Below are positions 1 to 9,834 of a stretch of DNA of 64,000 nucleotides, piece by piece. Origin of the DNA: Lachnospiraceae bacterium. GTDB lineage: Bacteria; Bacillota; Clostridia; Lachnospirales; Lachnospiraceae. The notes below the pieces were generated by a model. The model was not told the origin of the DNA, did not search any database, and saw only the letters and a list, made by a program, of their open reading frames with translations. The position numbers and the translations under genes were made by a program. The DNA lies in contig SVDL01000002.1 of the NCBI GenBank assembly GCA_015057835.1, positions 26,103 through 90,102 of the forward strand. The letters are read 5' to 3'. Position 1 is the stretch's first letter, and each line of letters starts with the position of its first letter.

Positions 1-764
1 GCGACGGGCGGCTCCACGCCGAGATCTCACGGGAATTCGGCGACCGCATCGGGCTTACGGTCTGCGGGGAATATGATCAGAACGGCATGTTCTACGCGGA
101 GTACGTATTTCCTTATTTCAGAGGGAAAAATGAAAGCTCCTATGAATCCGTCGTCATTGAAAAGCACGTGGCAAATGATTCCTGCTGCGGAGCCTGCGAT
201 GACCTGAGGGTCGGGGCAACACTCATTTTCTATCTTCAGAACATGGCCGAATATGCCGTGCGCACTCTGCAGAGGAAAAAGCGGAATGAGATTCGGGCGA
301 CGGTATTTTCCGCACTGTCCATGGACGGGACGGTACTGCTGCCGGTCGAAAAAGATGAGAGCGCGGCAGCGGAGGAACAGACCGGCATTGACCGCGAACA
401 GCTTCTCCAGGCGGCGCGGGAGGGCGACGCCGAGGCGATCGAATATCTGTCGGAAGAGGATTTTGACACCTATTCCATGCTGATCGAGAGGGTCAGCCGC
501 GAGGACGTCCTGTCGATCGTGGACACCTATTTCATGCCGAATGGATCGGACTGCGAGTGCTACAGCGTTCTGGGAACCATTCAGAGCGTGGAAAAAACAG
601 TCAACAGGGCGACAGGAGAGGAGATTGTCGCGCTCACGCTGGAGTGCAACGGAATTACCATGGATGTCGCCATCAACGCGGGAGATCTCGTGGGCGAACC
701 GAGAGAGGGGCGCCGCTTCCGCGGAACGATCTGGCTGATGGGACAGGTCCTTTTTGAGGATTGA
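1..764 (+). CDS. DUF3881-like conserved hypothetical protein, 5' partial
   Basis: The frame of ORF 87..764 is open back to base 3 (DGRLHAEISREFGDRIGLTVCGEY...), so the gene starts before the window. The sequence resembles the clostridial DUF3881 family (from recall). Confidence 0.65.
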   Translation, partial: DGRLHAEISREFGDRIGLTVCGEYDQNGMFYAEYVFPYFRGKNESSYESVVIEKHVANDSCCGACDDLRVGATLIFYLQNMAEYAVRTLQRKKRNEIRATVFSALSMDGTVLLPVEKDESAAAEEQTGIDREQLLQAAREGDAEAIEYLSEEDFDTYSMLIERVSREDVLSIVDTYFMPNGSDCECYSVLGTIQSVEKTVNRATGEEIVALTLECNGITMDVAINAGDLVGEPREGRRFRGTIWLMGQVLFED

Positions 765-907
765 AGGTGCCGGAACGGATGATCCGGACCGGCAGGACAG
801 CTGGGAAAACACAGGTAAACGAAAAGTCATTCCGTCGTTTCCTTGCGTTTTTCGGAAATCAGAGTTATAGTGTTTAAAATGTTTCACCGAGAGAAGGGAG
901 TATAAAA

Positions 908-1792
908 ATGGCTATTTTTAAGGGCGCCGGTGTTGCGATCGCCACACCGATGAAAGAAAACGGCGAGATCAATTATGAGACATTTGAAAAACTGATCGAG
1001 GACCAGATCAAAAACGAGACGGACTGCATTATCGTAGTGGGAACGACCGGCGAGGCGCCGACACTTGACGACGACGAACATCTGGAAGCGATCCGCTTTA
1101 CGGTAGCGCAGGCTGCGAAGAGAGTCCCTGTCATTGCGGGCACAGGCTCGAATAACACGGCTCACGCCATCATGATGTCGAAAGAAGCGCAGAAGTTTGG
1201 TGCGGACGGCGTACTGCTTGTTGCTCCGTATTACAACAAAGCGACGCAGAACGGTCTCATTCAGAGCTTTTCCGCAATTGCAAATGCGATTGACATTCCG
1301 TGCGTTCTCTACAATGTTCCGTCCCGTACAGGCTCCAATATCCTTCCGGATACCGCGGCATACCTCGGCAAACACGTTGAAAATATCGTAGCGGTCAAGG
1401 AAGCCTGCGGAAACATTTCCCAGATCGCGGAACTGATCGAGAAGGCGGAAGGTTCTCTGGACGTTTATTCCGGAAACGACGATCAGATCGTTCCGATCTG
1501 CTCTCTCGGCGGAATCGGCGTTATTTCCGTACTTTCCAACGTCGCGCCGAAGTTCACGCATGACCTTGTCATGAAATGCCTGAACGGAGACTATGTCTCC
1601 GCGGCGAAAGATCAGATCCGCTGCGCAGAACTGGTCCGCAGCCTCTTCTGTGAAGTAAACCCGATTCCGGTTAAGGCGGCTCTTAACATGCAGGGCTATG
1701 ACTGCGGCATCCCGCGTCTCCCGCTGACCGAGATGGAGGAGGCTCACAAAGAGCGTCTCCGCAAGGCGATGGTGGAGTTCGGCTGCCTGTAA
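908..1792 (+). CDS. dapA: 4-hydroxy-tetrahydrodipicolinate synthase
   Basis: GTTGEAPTL, YYNK, LYNVPSRTG, VKEA (Schiff-base Lys) and NPIPVKAAL motifs; RBS AAGGGAG upstream. Confidence 0.95.
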   Translation: MAIFKGAGVAIATPMKENGEINYETFEKLIEDQIKNETDCIIVVGTTGEAPTLDDDEHLEAIRFTVAQAAKRVPVIAGTGSNNTAHAIMMSKEAQKFGADGVLLVAPYYNKATQNGLIQSFSAIANAIDIPCVLYNVPSRTGSNILPDTAAYLGKHVENIVAVKEACGNISQIAELIEKAEGSLDVYSGNDDQIVPICSLGGIGVISVLSNVAPKFTHDLVMKCLNGDYVSAAKDQIRCAELVRSLFCEVNPIPVKAALNMQGYDCGIPRLPLTEMEEAHKERLRKAMVEFGCL

Positions 1793-1845
1793 GATAAAAA
1801 CCTTTCCGGGTATTTCGGATAAGGCCGGTCTGACATAAAAACACA

Positions 1846-1909
1846 AATAAAACAGGGCACTGCTTTCATTGAAGAATAATCGGTAATGAGAACAGCGCCC
1901 TGTTTTATT
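1846..1909. terminator. Long bidirectional terminator-like hairpin between convergent genes
   Basis: Arms AATAAAACAGGGCACTGCTTTCATT (1846-1870) and AATGAGAACAGCGCCCTGTTTTATT (1885-1909): 25 bp with 3 mismatches and a 14-nt loop. Confidence 0.7.
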
Positions 1910-1950
1910 ATGTCAACCGAATAAGACGGCCCGGTTGCGGGGCTCCCGCA

Positions 1951-4674
1951 TCACGGCAGGAACAGCAGGTAAATGATATATCCCGCGCACAGGAGGACGA
2001 ACAGCAGCATACCGGGATTCAAAAGGACGGTCCGGAAACCGGTGCCGCGGGGGAGCTGCTGCACAGTCGGCTCGAAAATGAGGCGCCGCACATTGACGAT
2101 GAACAGCACAAGTCCGACGATCCAGCTGATCAGGATCACTCCCAGGTAGACAAGCAGGGCGATCATCCGGGGCGAGCGCAGGGCTTTCGAGATCAGCGCC
2201 GGATCCCCGGAGGAGAGGCTGTCAAGAAGGGAATTGTCTTTGCCGAACAAAAGCAGAGAAGCAATATTGCCGGTGAAGTTGATCGCCATATGGAGCGCGA
2301 CCGACCAGCGGAGCTGTCCGGTCCGGGTATACACATAACCGAAAACGAGCCCGAGCGCGGTCGCGTACAGGAACTGCTGCAGGTTCAGATGGAAGAGGCC
2401 GAAGCAGAGCGCGGAGGTCACGATGGCAGGGATTTCGCCGTAGGGATGCAGACGGTCGATCAGCGCTTTGCGGAATACAAGTTCTTCAAATACCGGCGCC
2501 AGCACACAGGTGAACAGCAGCTGGAGAAATTTTGAGCTGCCCGACAGTACCTCGTACAGAGGATTCAGTGTTTCGGGAGAAGCCCCCGGGTGGAGGGCCA
2601 TCATAATAATGACGCCGACAATATTGCATACGTACATCATAAAAATGCAGCAGAAGAAAGCAGTGAACCATTTGCGGAGAGGCATCGGCCGGACATAGAG
2701 CTTTTCCGCAGGCACCTTTTTCATGATCTTAAGACCGAGCGGGATCGCGGCGGCATAGAGAGGCAGGAAGCGGCATAACCACTGGAGCAGGATATTGTCT
2801 TCCCACGCCGGGACCGCCATATTGAGGATCAGGGTAAGTGCGTACCGGATCACAACGAGTGCGCACAGAATACCCAGCAGCCCGAAGCCGATCCTGCTGA
2901 TCTGTTTCCGGACTTCGGAAAGATCAACGTTCCGCAGAGCAGCCGTCCGCTGTCTCCCTCCGTATGGCTCCAGCATGGAAGCGGACAGCAGCATGAACAG
3001 CATCCCGAGACCGGCACAGACGAGGACGGTAATGACGGAGCCGGCGTAAATATTACCGAGGACGGCCGCCACAGCCATAATGGCGGCGCAGGGAAGCAGT
3101 CCGAAATACAGGAACATGATCGTGACAACCTGCTTGATCGTCTTATCGACGGAAGCGGGCACCGCGAGATTGATAAACGTGCTGGTATTGGTCGAATAGA
3201 AATCCACCGCGGCGATGAAAGGAAGCCATGCGAGGAACAGCAGAGGATTCGCGCCGATGATGAGTGAGGCCAGGATGAGCGCGGGGACCGCGTCAAGGAC
3301 GCAGTTGACCGTGCCTGCGAGCAGGGACCAGAATACTTTTTTCAGGGAGCTTTCCGGGATCAGACGGAAGAAATCCATCTTCGTGTCTTCTTCGAGCGGA
3401 TTTCTCATCGACCGGTAAAAGACGAGAACGGTAATCGTGAAGACCACGATATACGGCGTTTTGGTGTTGATGACGACCCGGGACAGGACCGCCGTGAGAG
3501 CCGCGGCGGCGAGGTACGTTCCGGACGTTTTCGTGAAAATGCCGAATTTCGCGAACCGGAAGCGGTTATAGAGCGATTTGTGGAAGAACATATTTGCCCC
3601 GGATCCGCGCGTGAGACCGTCCCGGCGGAGTTTTTCGCTCTTGTCTTTTTTGTCCGCTCTCTTCGAGCGGATCTTTCTTCCCGAGGCCATTGCCTCCATA
3701 AGTTCCGCTGTCTGCTCGGAGCGCGCCATGGCATCTTCGTAGAAATCAGCTTTCACGCTTCGGATGAGGTGGATCAGAGCGCCGAGGGCGGCAGCGGTCA
3801 GGATGAGGCAGAGGATCGTTAAGGCGGCGTTTTTTTCCGTCGTAAACATCACGATTCCTTTCAGCCATCCCCAGATCGGGATAAACCGGGAGTACTTACT
3901 GTTAAAAAAGGCAAATGCAGCGTCGAGAGGCGTCATTTTTGACGTCCGCCAGAAAACGAGCCAGGCAGCCGCAGTGATGCCGAGGACGGTGTAGACCGCG
4001 GGAGCAATGTACTTTTTGGTGCCTGTACGGGTCGTCGTTACGGTATAAAGGAGCACCTGGAGGAATTTTCCGGTAAGGATCATGAGGAACCACACCAGGA
4101 GCATGATGAAAGCTGCAGCGGGGGAAAGACCCACGTTAAAGATAAGGTTCGGGATCTGGAACAGCAGATAAATCGAAGCAAATACTGCCGCGCCGGCCTG
4201 CATGAGCAGCCGGAAAAACAGGACGGACTGAGGGCGCAGCGGGGATGGGAACAGGAGATTTACATCCGCAGGGAGAAAGATCTTTCCACCGCTTTTATCT
4301 GCGCTGAGAATGAGAAATACGAATATCCCCAGCAGAAGGGCGCCGAGGATCAGCTCGAACACTTCCGTTTTGAACTTTTCCGGCGGTGTGCCGGGTGCGG
4401 CGGAGATAACTGCCGGAGTATCTTCTCCGATATACTCGGAGAATTCTTCCGGCAGCTCTTCGGAGCCTTCGAATTCGGAATATTCTCCGGACAGGAGCTC
4501 TTCCTCAGCTTCCGGCTGATTTTCTTCTGCCGCCTCGGAAAGCGCGCCGATCCCTGCGCCGATCAGTCCTCCGATCAGCGCGCACGCGAGAATGAATACA
4601 AGGATCCACGTCTTAAATATCTTTTTCAGCTGATTCAAAAAAGAGTGGACCGCGTAGTAGCCGATCATGCGCAT
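1951..4674 (-). CDS. Putative ABC exporter permease fused to a C-terminal CPBP (Abi/CAAX) intramembrane protease
   Basis: The N-terminal ~570 aa are multi-TM with the ADVNLLFPSPLRPQSVL and DFYEDA motifs of ABC_export-type permeases. The C-terminal ~330 aa carry EELVFR, FGLFH and HMAIN (CPBP motifs). The gene follows an ABC ATPase. Confidence 0.8.
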   Translation of the reverse strand: MRMIGYYAVHSFLNQLKKIFKTWILVFILACALIGGLIGAGIGALSEAAEENQPEAEEELLSGEYSEFEGSEELPEEFSEYIGEDTPAVISAAPGTPPEKFKTEVFELILGALLLGIFVFLILSADKSGGKIFLPADVNLLFPSPLRPQSVLFFRLLMQAGAAVFASIYLLFQIPNLIFNVGLSPAAAFIMLLVWFLMILTGKFLQVLLYTVTTTRTGTKKYIAPAVYTVLGITAAAWLVFWRTSKMTPLDAAFAFFNSKYSRFIPIWGWLKGIVMFTTEKNAALTILCLILTAAALGALIHLIRSVKADFYEDAMARSEQTAELMEAMASGRKIRSKRADKKDKSEKLRRDGLTRGSGANMFFHKSLYNRFRFAKFGIFTKTSGTYLAAAALTAVLSRVVINTKTPYIVVFTITVLVFYRSMRNPLEEDTKMDFFRLIPESSLKKVFWSLLAGTVNCVLDAVPALILASLIIGANPLLFLAWLPFIAAVDFYSTNTSTFINLAVPASVDKTIKQVVTIMFLYFGLLPCAAIMAVAAVLGNIYAGSVITVLVCAGLGMLFMLLSASMLEPYGGRQRTAALRNVDLSEVRKQISRIGFGLLGILCALVVIRYALTLILNMAVPAWEDNILLQWLCRFLPLYAAAIPLGLKIMKKVPAEKLYVRPMPLRKWFTAFFCCIFMMYVCNIVGVIIMMALHPGASPETLNPLYEVLSGSSKFLQLLFTCVLAPVFEELVFRKALIDRLHPYGEIPAIVTSALCFGLFHLNLQQFLYATALGLVFGYVYTRTGQLRWSVALHMAINFTGNIASLLLFGKDNSLLDSLSSGDPALISKALRSPRMIALLVYLGVILISWIVGLVLFIVNVRRLIFEPTVQQLPRGTGFRTVLLNPGMLLFVLLCAGYIIYLLFLP

Positions 4675-4677
4675 GGC

Positions 4678-5409
4678 TTAATCCTCCTTTGAGGAATAAT
4701 GATCTTCGGGACGCAGCCCTTCCGTGACGTCAAAGAACAGTTCTTCCAGGGTCCTGCCGGTGCTGCTCAGATCTTCGCGGGTGACATTTGCACGGACTTC
4801 TCCGCTTTGCATGATCACGGTGCGGTCCCACAGCATGTCGATACTGTCGATCATGTGCGTACTGACAAGGAGAGTCCTGCCCTGCGAGCGCATTTCCTCA
4901 ATTAATAATTTCAGCTCCTTGATGGCGTGCGGATCAAGGCCGATCATCGGCTCATCGAGGAGGATGATCTCCGGTTCCGGGAGGAGTCCGAGACAGATGT
5001 TCAGCTTCTGCTGCATGCCTTTTGAGAGCTCGTCGCCGAATTTTTTCCGGTGGTCGTTCAGCTCAAAACGGGTAAACAGGTCGTCGATCCGCGCTTTATA
5101 GTCTGTGAGCTTATAGGCGCGGGCGAGGAATTCCATATGCTCCGAGACTGTGAGATTCGGATAGAGAGAGGGGAGTTCCGGAATATAGCCCAGGACGCGG
5201 CGCGCCTCGACGGATTTGTTCGGCATGCCGTTCACCTGCACGGAACCGTCATATTTCAGAAAACCTATGACGGATTTTATGATCGTGCTTTTGCCGGCGC
5301 CGTTCGGTCCGAGGAGAACGGTTACCGTACCGTCGTCAAGAGTAAAGCTGACATCGCGGCATGCAGGATTTTTTCCATAGAATTTAGTGACATGACTGAT
5401 TTCTAACAT
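4678..5409 (-). CDS. ABC transporter ATP-binding protein (exporter type)
   Basis: Walker A GPNGAGKS, signature LSKGMQQK, Walker B ILLDEP, H-loop STH. Confidence 0.95.
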   Translation of the reverse strand: MLEISHVTKFYGKNPACRDVSFTLDDGTVTVLLGPNGAGKSTIIKSVIGFLKYDGSVQVNGMPNKSVEARRVLGYIPELPSLYPNLTVSEHMEFLARAYKLTDYKARIDDLFTRFELNDHRKKFGDELSKGMQQKLNICLGLLPEPEIILLDEPMIGLDPHAIKELKLLIEEMRSQGRTLLVSTHMIDSIDMLWDRTVIMQSGEVRANVTREDLSSTGRTLEELFFDVTEGLRPEDHYSSKED

Positions 5410-5507
5410 TTGGATTCCTTTCCGGGAACAGATTATTCCCAGACACCGAATTGTTACTGTATAATAATATACAACACCGGATCATGGTGACACCAGAAGG
5501 AGAAGTT

Positions 5508-5930
5508 ATGAAAATCTATATCGCATCACCCTTTTTCAACGAGAAAGAATGTGAAGTGCTCTCCCGTGCGGAGGAGATTTTAAAAAACCGGGGATTCAGC
5601 GTTTTTTCTCCGCGGGAGCATGAAACCAGGGAGGGAAATGTCGGATCTTTGGCGTGGAGCAAAGAGACATTTCTCAATGATAAAGCAGGCATTGACTGGA
5701 GTGACTGCATTGTGATGCTGTACTGGGGTAATTACAGCGATTCCGGAACAGCGTGGGAATGCGGCTACGCATATGGAACACACAAACCGGTCGTGGTCGT
5801 ACAGCTCGGAGAGTCGTCGAATCTCATGATCCACGAGGGGTCGCATACGAATCTGTTCGGAGTGGAAGCGCTTGAGGACTATGATTTTGAGTTCATGCCC
5901 CGCGAGCCTTACACCGGAAAAATGTTCTGA
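5508..5930 (+). CDS. Nucleoside 2-deoxyribosyltransferase family protein
   Basis: KIYIASPFFN, DxAGIDWSD and DSGTAWECGYAY motifs. Start moved to ATG 5508, which follows RBS AAGGAG. Confidence 0.88.
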   Translation: MKIYIASPFFNEKECEVLSRAEEILKNRGFSVFSPREHETREGNVGSLAWSKETFLNDKAGIDWSDCIVMLYWGNYSDSGTAWECGYAYGTHKPVVVVQLGESSNLMIHEGSHTNLFGVEALEDYDFEFMPREPYTGKMF

Positions 5931-7052
5931 TTAACGGGACGACAATATGTATTCCCGGAGCCCGGCGTAAATGGCTTCTTCGTCCGGAGGACAACCCGGA
6001 ATGCTGGTCTTAAAGGCGGCCGTGCATTTGCCGACGCCGAGATTTCCCGTCTTTCCGCACATGCCCTGGCCGATCCCGATCTTTTCCTTCAGATCGGATA
6101 ACAGGCCCTCTTCCTCGAGACGGAAGAGGGCGCCGATGAGGGAACTGTAGCAGGCACTGCAGGCGTCCGCGTCTTCCGCCGCATAGGATACGTCCAGGGC
6201 GTGTCCGGACAGCGGCTCTTCCGTATCTTTGAGGAACCGGAACCGTCCCGGTTCCTTTTCTTCTATCTGCAGGATCTCAGCCCGGCCAAGGTCGGAGCAG
6301 CCTACGCCGAGTTCTTCGGCAAAACCGATATAGGGAACCGTTTCCGTCTCTACTCCCAGCAGACGGCAGGCGTAGCTGTCGGTCAGGACCGGGTCCAGCG
6401 CCGCCATAACGCAGTTCCGGATGAGCGGCCGTCCTCCCTCCTCAAAATCGGGGTCGCCGCAGATGTGGTCGACGACAATAAAATCCTGCTTCACCGCCGC
6501 CGCGAGATGCGCGATCGGGCGGTGGAGCCCTTCTTTATGGAACCGTCTTTTTTCCGTATTCGGAAGCAGTCCCTTGAGGTTCTTCATTGCGCAGGTGACG
6601 CGGGTCTGGCAGTGGCCTTTGAGGACCGGCACGTTGATCAGGAAATCAAAGCCGGCAGCGGCGTCCGTAAGAAGAAACGAAAAGCCGTCCTGTTTCTCCG
6701 TAAAGGAGCGGGATTTCTGTGTATCGACAAACGGGACGCCGTATTTTTCGGATAAGGCGCGGAATCCACAGATCTCGAAAGCGTCTTCCGTCCGGTCTCC
6801 GATCCACGACCCCTCCGCAATCACAAGATTCCGGAAGCCGTTTTCCTGCAGATATTCGATGATCCCGGCGACGACTTCCGGGTGCGTCGTCGCGCCGAAT
6901 TCCGCCGGAGAAGGGCAGACGAGGTTCGGCTTGACGGCGATGCGGGAGTCCGGGGACGGGATCATTTCCGCAAGGCGCGCTGCGGTGAGCAGCGCTTTTG
7001 TATTTTCTTTATAGTCGGTTCCGTAGATTTTCAGGATCTGGTTCGGTTTCAT
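5931..7052 (-). CDS. DUF362 domain protein with a C-terminal Cys-rich (putative Fe-S) region
   Basis: VKPNLV, GATTHPEVV, NVPVLKGH and KNLKG motifs; C-terminal CSAC, GKCT and PGCPP. Start estimated at MKPNQ. Confidence 0.8.
   Translation of the reverse strand: MKPNQILKIYGTDYKENTKALLTAARLAEMIPSPDSRIAVKPNLVCPSPAEFGATTHPEVVAGIIEYLQENGFRNLVIAEGSWIGDRTEDAFEICGFRALSEKYGVPFVDTQKSRSFTEKQDGFSFLLTDAAAGFDFLINVPVLKGHCQTRVTCAMKNLKGLLPNTEKRRFHKEGLHRPIAHLAAAVKQDFIVVDHICGDPDFEEGGRPLIRNCVMAALDPVLTDSYACRLLGVETETVPYIGFAEELGVGCSDLGRAEILQIEEKEPGRFRFLKDTEEPLSGHALDVSYAAEDADACSACYSSLIGALFRLEEEGLLSDLKEKIGIGQGMCGKTGNLGVGKCTAAFKTSIPGCPPDEEAIYAGLREYILSSR
6232..6256 (-). repeat. Possible REP-like hairpin copy inside the DUF362 CDS
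   Basis: The minus strand reads AGGAACCGGGA-CGGT-TCCGGTTCCT, with the GGGACGGTTC core and a self-complementary stem. Confidence 0.4.
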
Positions 7053-7509
7053 TTTCCGTCTGCATCTCGGACAGCTGTCCATTCTGTGCTCTCTGCATTA
7101 TGCGGAGACTTTTTTGTTTCTTTTTATAATAGTAATCGGTTTTCCGGGAAGATGCAATCCGCCCGAAGAGAATGACCCCGGCGGCGAGCATGATCCACCC
7201 AGCCAGGAACAGGATCGTCTGATAGACGGAGGATGTGCCGGCGATCTCGAAAATGCCCCGGAGCAGCGAGCTGACCGTGATGCAGATGACACCGTAGTGA
7301 TAAATGTCCGGGAAATGCATTCGCCCCGCAAACGCTGCCGTCAGAGACGGCACAAATCCCAGCGCGAAAGGCCACAGCCACAGAAATGTCATATAGAACG
7401 ACCGCACATTATGTGAAAAACGGTCATAAATGAGAAAAAAGAGAAAACAGAAAGCCGCAAAGGCCGCATAACGGGCGGCCGTCCGGTATTCAGACCGCGA
7501 TGTAGACAA
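7009..7509 (-). CDS. Hypothetical membrane protein (about 4 TM helices)
   Basis: Hydrophobic segments; overlaps the stop of the upstream phosphodiester glycosidase gene; the hydrophilic C-terminal tail may be run-on. Confidence 0.65.
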   Translation of the reverse strand: MSTSRSEYRTAARYAAFAAFCFLFFLIYDRFSHNVRSFYMTFLWLWPFALGFVPSLTAAFAGRMHFPDIYHYGVICITVSSLLRGIFEIAGTSSVYQTILFLAGWIMLAAGVILFGRIASSRKTDYYYKKKQKSLRIMQRAQNGQLSEMQTENETEPDPENLRNRL

Positions 7510-8404
7510 TGTCGCTCACACTCCTTTCTTTGATCTTGTTTCTTCCGGATGTCGGGTTGTTGATCACTTCCCCGTTATAGTACATGGTGCTGGAACCGCC
7601 GCCGTCGAGATTGTAGGCTTCCGTGCAGCCCAGCTCCTGCATGATTTCGGCAAGTTCATAGAGAGTCAGGCCTTCACTTTCTGAAGTGCGGCCGTCGGAG
7701 ACGACCATGACGTAATGTCCCGGTTCGATCATGCCGATCGCCGTGCGTGGATTGCTGCTGCGGGACTGATCCACTTCCGTATCCGTGCCGACGGCGATCT
7801 CACCGTCCTCTACAAGTCCGGGACCGAAAGAGAAGATCTGCACGGCCCCGGCAGCGGAGAGTTCTTCCGCCGTTACATCCGACTCATCGATGATATCCAT
7901 GGTTCCGTCCGCATAGACAACAAGATCCTCATTGCCGCTTCCGGAGCGCGCCGTGCTCCGGTACAGATAGCCGTTGCGCATGACATATCCGGAATCGCGG
8001 AATCCGTAATAATCCCCGTTGATCGCGAGGAGCGCGCCGTTTTCCTCCGCCATACTGGACGTTTTATCGGTGACGTTGCGGCCGAAGGTATTCTCCGCGA
8101 CGGCCGTCATAAGCTGTGAGGGATCGGAGAGGTAAATATCGGCGATATAGACCTGCGTATCGCTGACCGTGATTTCTGTTACTTCGATGGATTTTGTGTC
8201 ATCCCCGGTTTCTGTTCCGCCGGCGGCGTATGTCTCCTCAGTTTCGCCGGCGGCCTGTTCCTTTGTTGAAGATTCATCTTCCGCAAAAGCCGTGGCGGTC
8301 ACCGGCATAAGATCCTTGGGAAGAACAAAAGTATCAAGCAGCGTGAATATCGTGTAAGCGGCGAGAAATGCCGCGAAGAGAATGTGACTGATTTTTCTGT
8401 ACAT
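7490..8404 (-). CDS. Phosphodiester glycosidase (NAGPA/EpsL-like) family protein, membrane anchored
   Basis: AINGDYYG, SFGPGLV, NPRTAIG, VSDGR and AYNLDGGGSS motifs; N-terminal TM helix. Confidence 0.88.
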   Translation of the reverse strand: MYRKISHILFAAFLAAYTIFTLLDTFVLPKDLMPVTATAFAEDESSTKEQAAGETEETYAAGGTETGDDTKSIEVTEITVSDTQVYIADIYLSDPSQLMTAVAENTFGRNVTDKTSSMAEENGALLAINGDYYGFRDSGYVMRNGYLYRSTARSGSGNEDLVVYADGTMDIIDESDVTAEELSAAGAVQIFSFGPGLVEDGEIAVGTDTEVDQSRSSNPRTAIGMIEPGHYVMVVSDGRTSESEGLTLYELAEIMQELGCTEAYNLDGGGSSTMYYNGEVINNPTSGRNKIKERSVSDIVYIAV

Positions 8405-9524
8405 GATGATTACCTTCTTTTCTGAAAACCCATTCTTTCTGAATCCGGTAGCTGATCACAAATAGAGCGGTATCGACGAGGATCTTTGCGGCAGGAGGGG
8501 GAAGCAGCATGGAAAAGACCGACGTTCCCAGCGCGCTGGCAGCCATGACGCCGGTAAAGAGCACGGCGTAACGGGCGGCTTCTCCCGGACACCTGCCCCT
8601 GCTCCGGAAGCTCCATTTCCGGTTGAGTAGAAAGTTGAGGCTTCCCGAGAGCAGCCTTGCAAGACAGACAGCTGCGGCAGTGCAGAGCGCGGTACGTCCT
8701 GAAAATGCCTCCGTGATACCGGACGCGGCAGCGGTCGAAGACATAACGTTCCATAATCCTGAAAATGCCCCGGTCCGGAGCAGAATGCCGCGGATCCCGG
8801 CGAAGAACAGCAGGTCCGCCGCGCAGCTGAGTGCGGAGGCGGCCGCGAAGCGCAGCGGTCTGCCGTAGATGCGCACCGCGTCCCGGAACGGCCGGAAATG
8901 GGAGCTCTCGTTATTATTTTCATAGATCGTCCGGATCGGTACCGGAAAAATATCCGCTTCTTTTACCGCGTCGGTGAGAAAATTCATCTCATATTCATAG
9001 CGGTCGCCTTCTTCCGAGAGGGCAAGCGGAATGAGCACGGCAGGAATTCCCCGGAGTCCCGTCTGCGTATCCGGACAGGATCTGCCGGTGGTGAGACGGA
9101 AAAATGCCGAGGAGATCCTGTTGCCCGCCCGGCTTTTCCACGGGACTCCTTTTTCGGAGAAATCCCTGGTGCCGAGGACCAGGGCGTCCGGATGTCCGGA
9201 CAGGGCGGCAACCACGGAAAGAATATCTTCCGGTGCGTGCTGACCGTCTGCGTCGGCGGTGATCACGCAGAAGGATTCTTTACCTGAAATGGCCGAGGCC
9301 GTTTCGATTCCGGTGCGCAGAGCGGCTCCTTTTCCGCGGTTTTCGGAATGGTGAACGACGGAAATGCCGCCTTCTTCGAGCTTCGAAAAGACGGGGAGGA
9401 AGGATTCTCCGCTGCCGTCGTCGACGGCAATGATATTTTCAAAACCGGCATTGCGCAATTCCTGCGTCAGCGCGGGCAGCCGGTCATCAGGCCGATAGGC
9501 GGGAATGATAAGAAATGTTTTCAT
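8334..9524 (-). CDS. Bifunctional GT2 glycosyltransferase / GtrA-like protein
   Basis: IIPAY, VDDGS, NRGKGAAL, TADADGQH and DTQTGLRG motifs; hydrophobic C-terminus with NFLLNRKWSF typical of GtrA. Confidence 0.88.
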   Translation of the reverse strand: MKTFLIIPAYRPDDRLPALTQELRNAGFENIIAVDDGSGESFLPVFSKLEEGGISVVHHSENRGKGAALRTGIETASAISGKESFCVITADADGQHAPEDILSVVAALSGHPDALVLGTRDFSEKGVPWKSRAGNRISSAFFRLTTGRSCPDTQTGLRGIPAVLIPLALSEEGDRYEYEMNFLTDAVKEADIFPVPIRTIYENNNESSHFRPFRDAVRIYGRPLRFAAASALSCAADLLFFAGIRGILLRTGAFSGLWNVMSSTAAASGITEAFSGRTALCTAAAVCLARLLSGSLNFLLNRKWSFRSRGRCPGEAARYAVLFTGVMAASALGTSVFSMLLPPPAAKILVDTALFVISYRIQKEWVFRKEGNHHVQKNQSHSLRGISRRLHDIHAA

Positions 9525-9834
9525 TTTCGTCAGAATCCTCTCTTTGATTGGAAAACATACACAGGATCAGGAGAAGGATGAACAGCAGGATCGTTTTCAT
9601 TTTTTTTGCCCCTTTCTTGGGTTAGCTCCCCCTTTTGCAGAGTATTCTGCGGGAGAAACCTTAAGCGGACTATAAAGGAGGGAAAGAAATCAGAGCGGAG
9701 AAAGGGACTTTATGGTATAGTTTTCTATAAGCACATAAAAAAAGACCCGCATGCGGGAAGCTCCCCCGGATACCCTGAGAGCCTGAGGAAGGACTGCCCG
9801 TCCGGAGTTTTTGGAATAAAAGGAGGAAAACACT

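Noticed and set aside
765-907. Lysine riboswitch upstream of dapA
   Set aside because: The gap is short and I could not find the conserved lysine-riboswitch core or a terminator.
1831-1915. Architectural similarity between the 1846 hairpin and the inner 12041-12108 hairpin
   Set aside because: The similarity is mostly A/T tracts common to bidirectional terminators.
8698-8772. CCTGAAAATGCC repeated 60 bp apart in the GtrA domain
   Set aside because: Only 12 bp; at most a small loop duplication with no functional implication.
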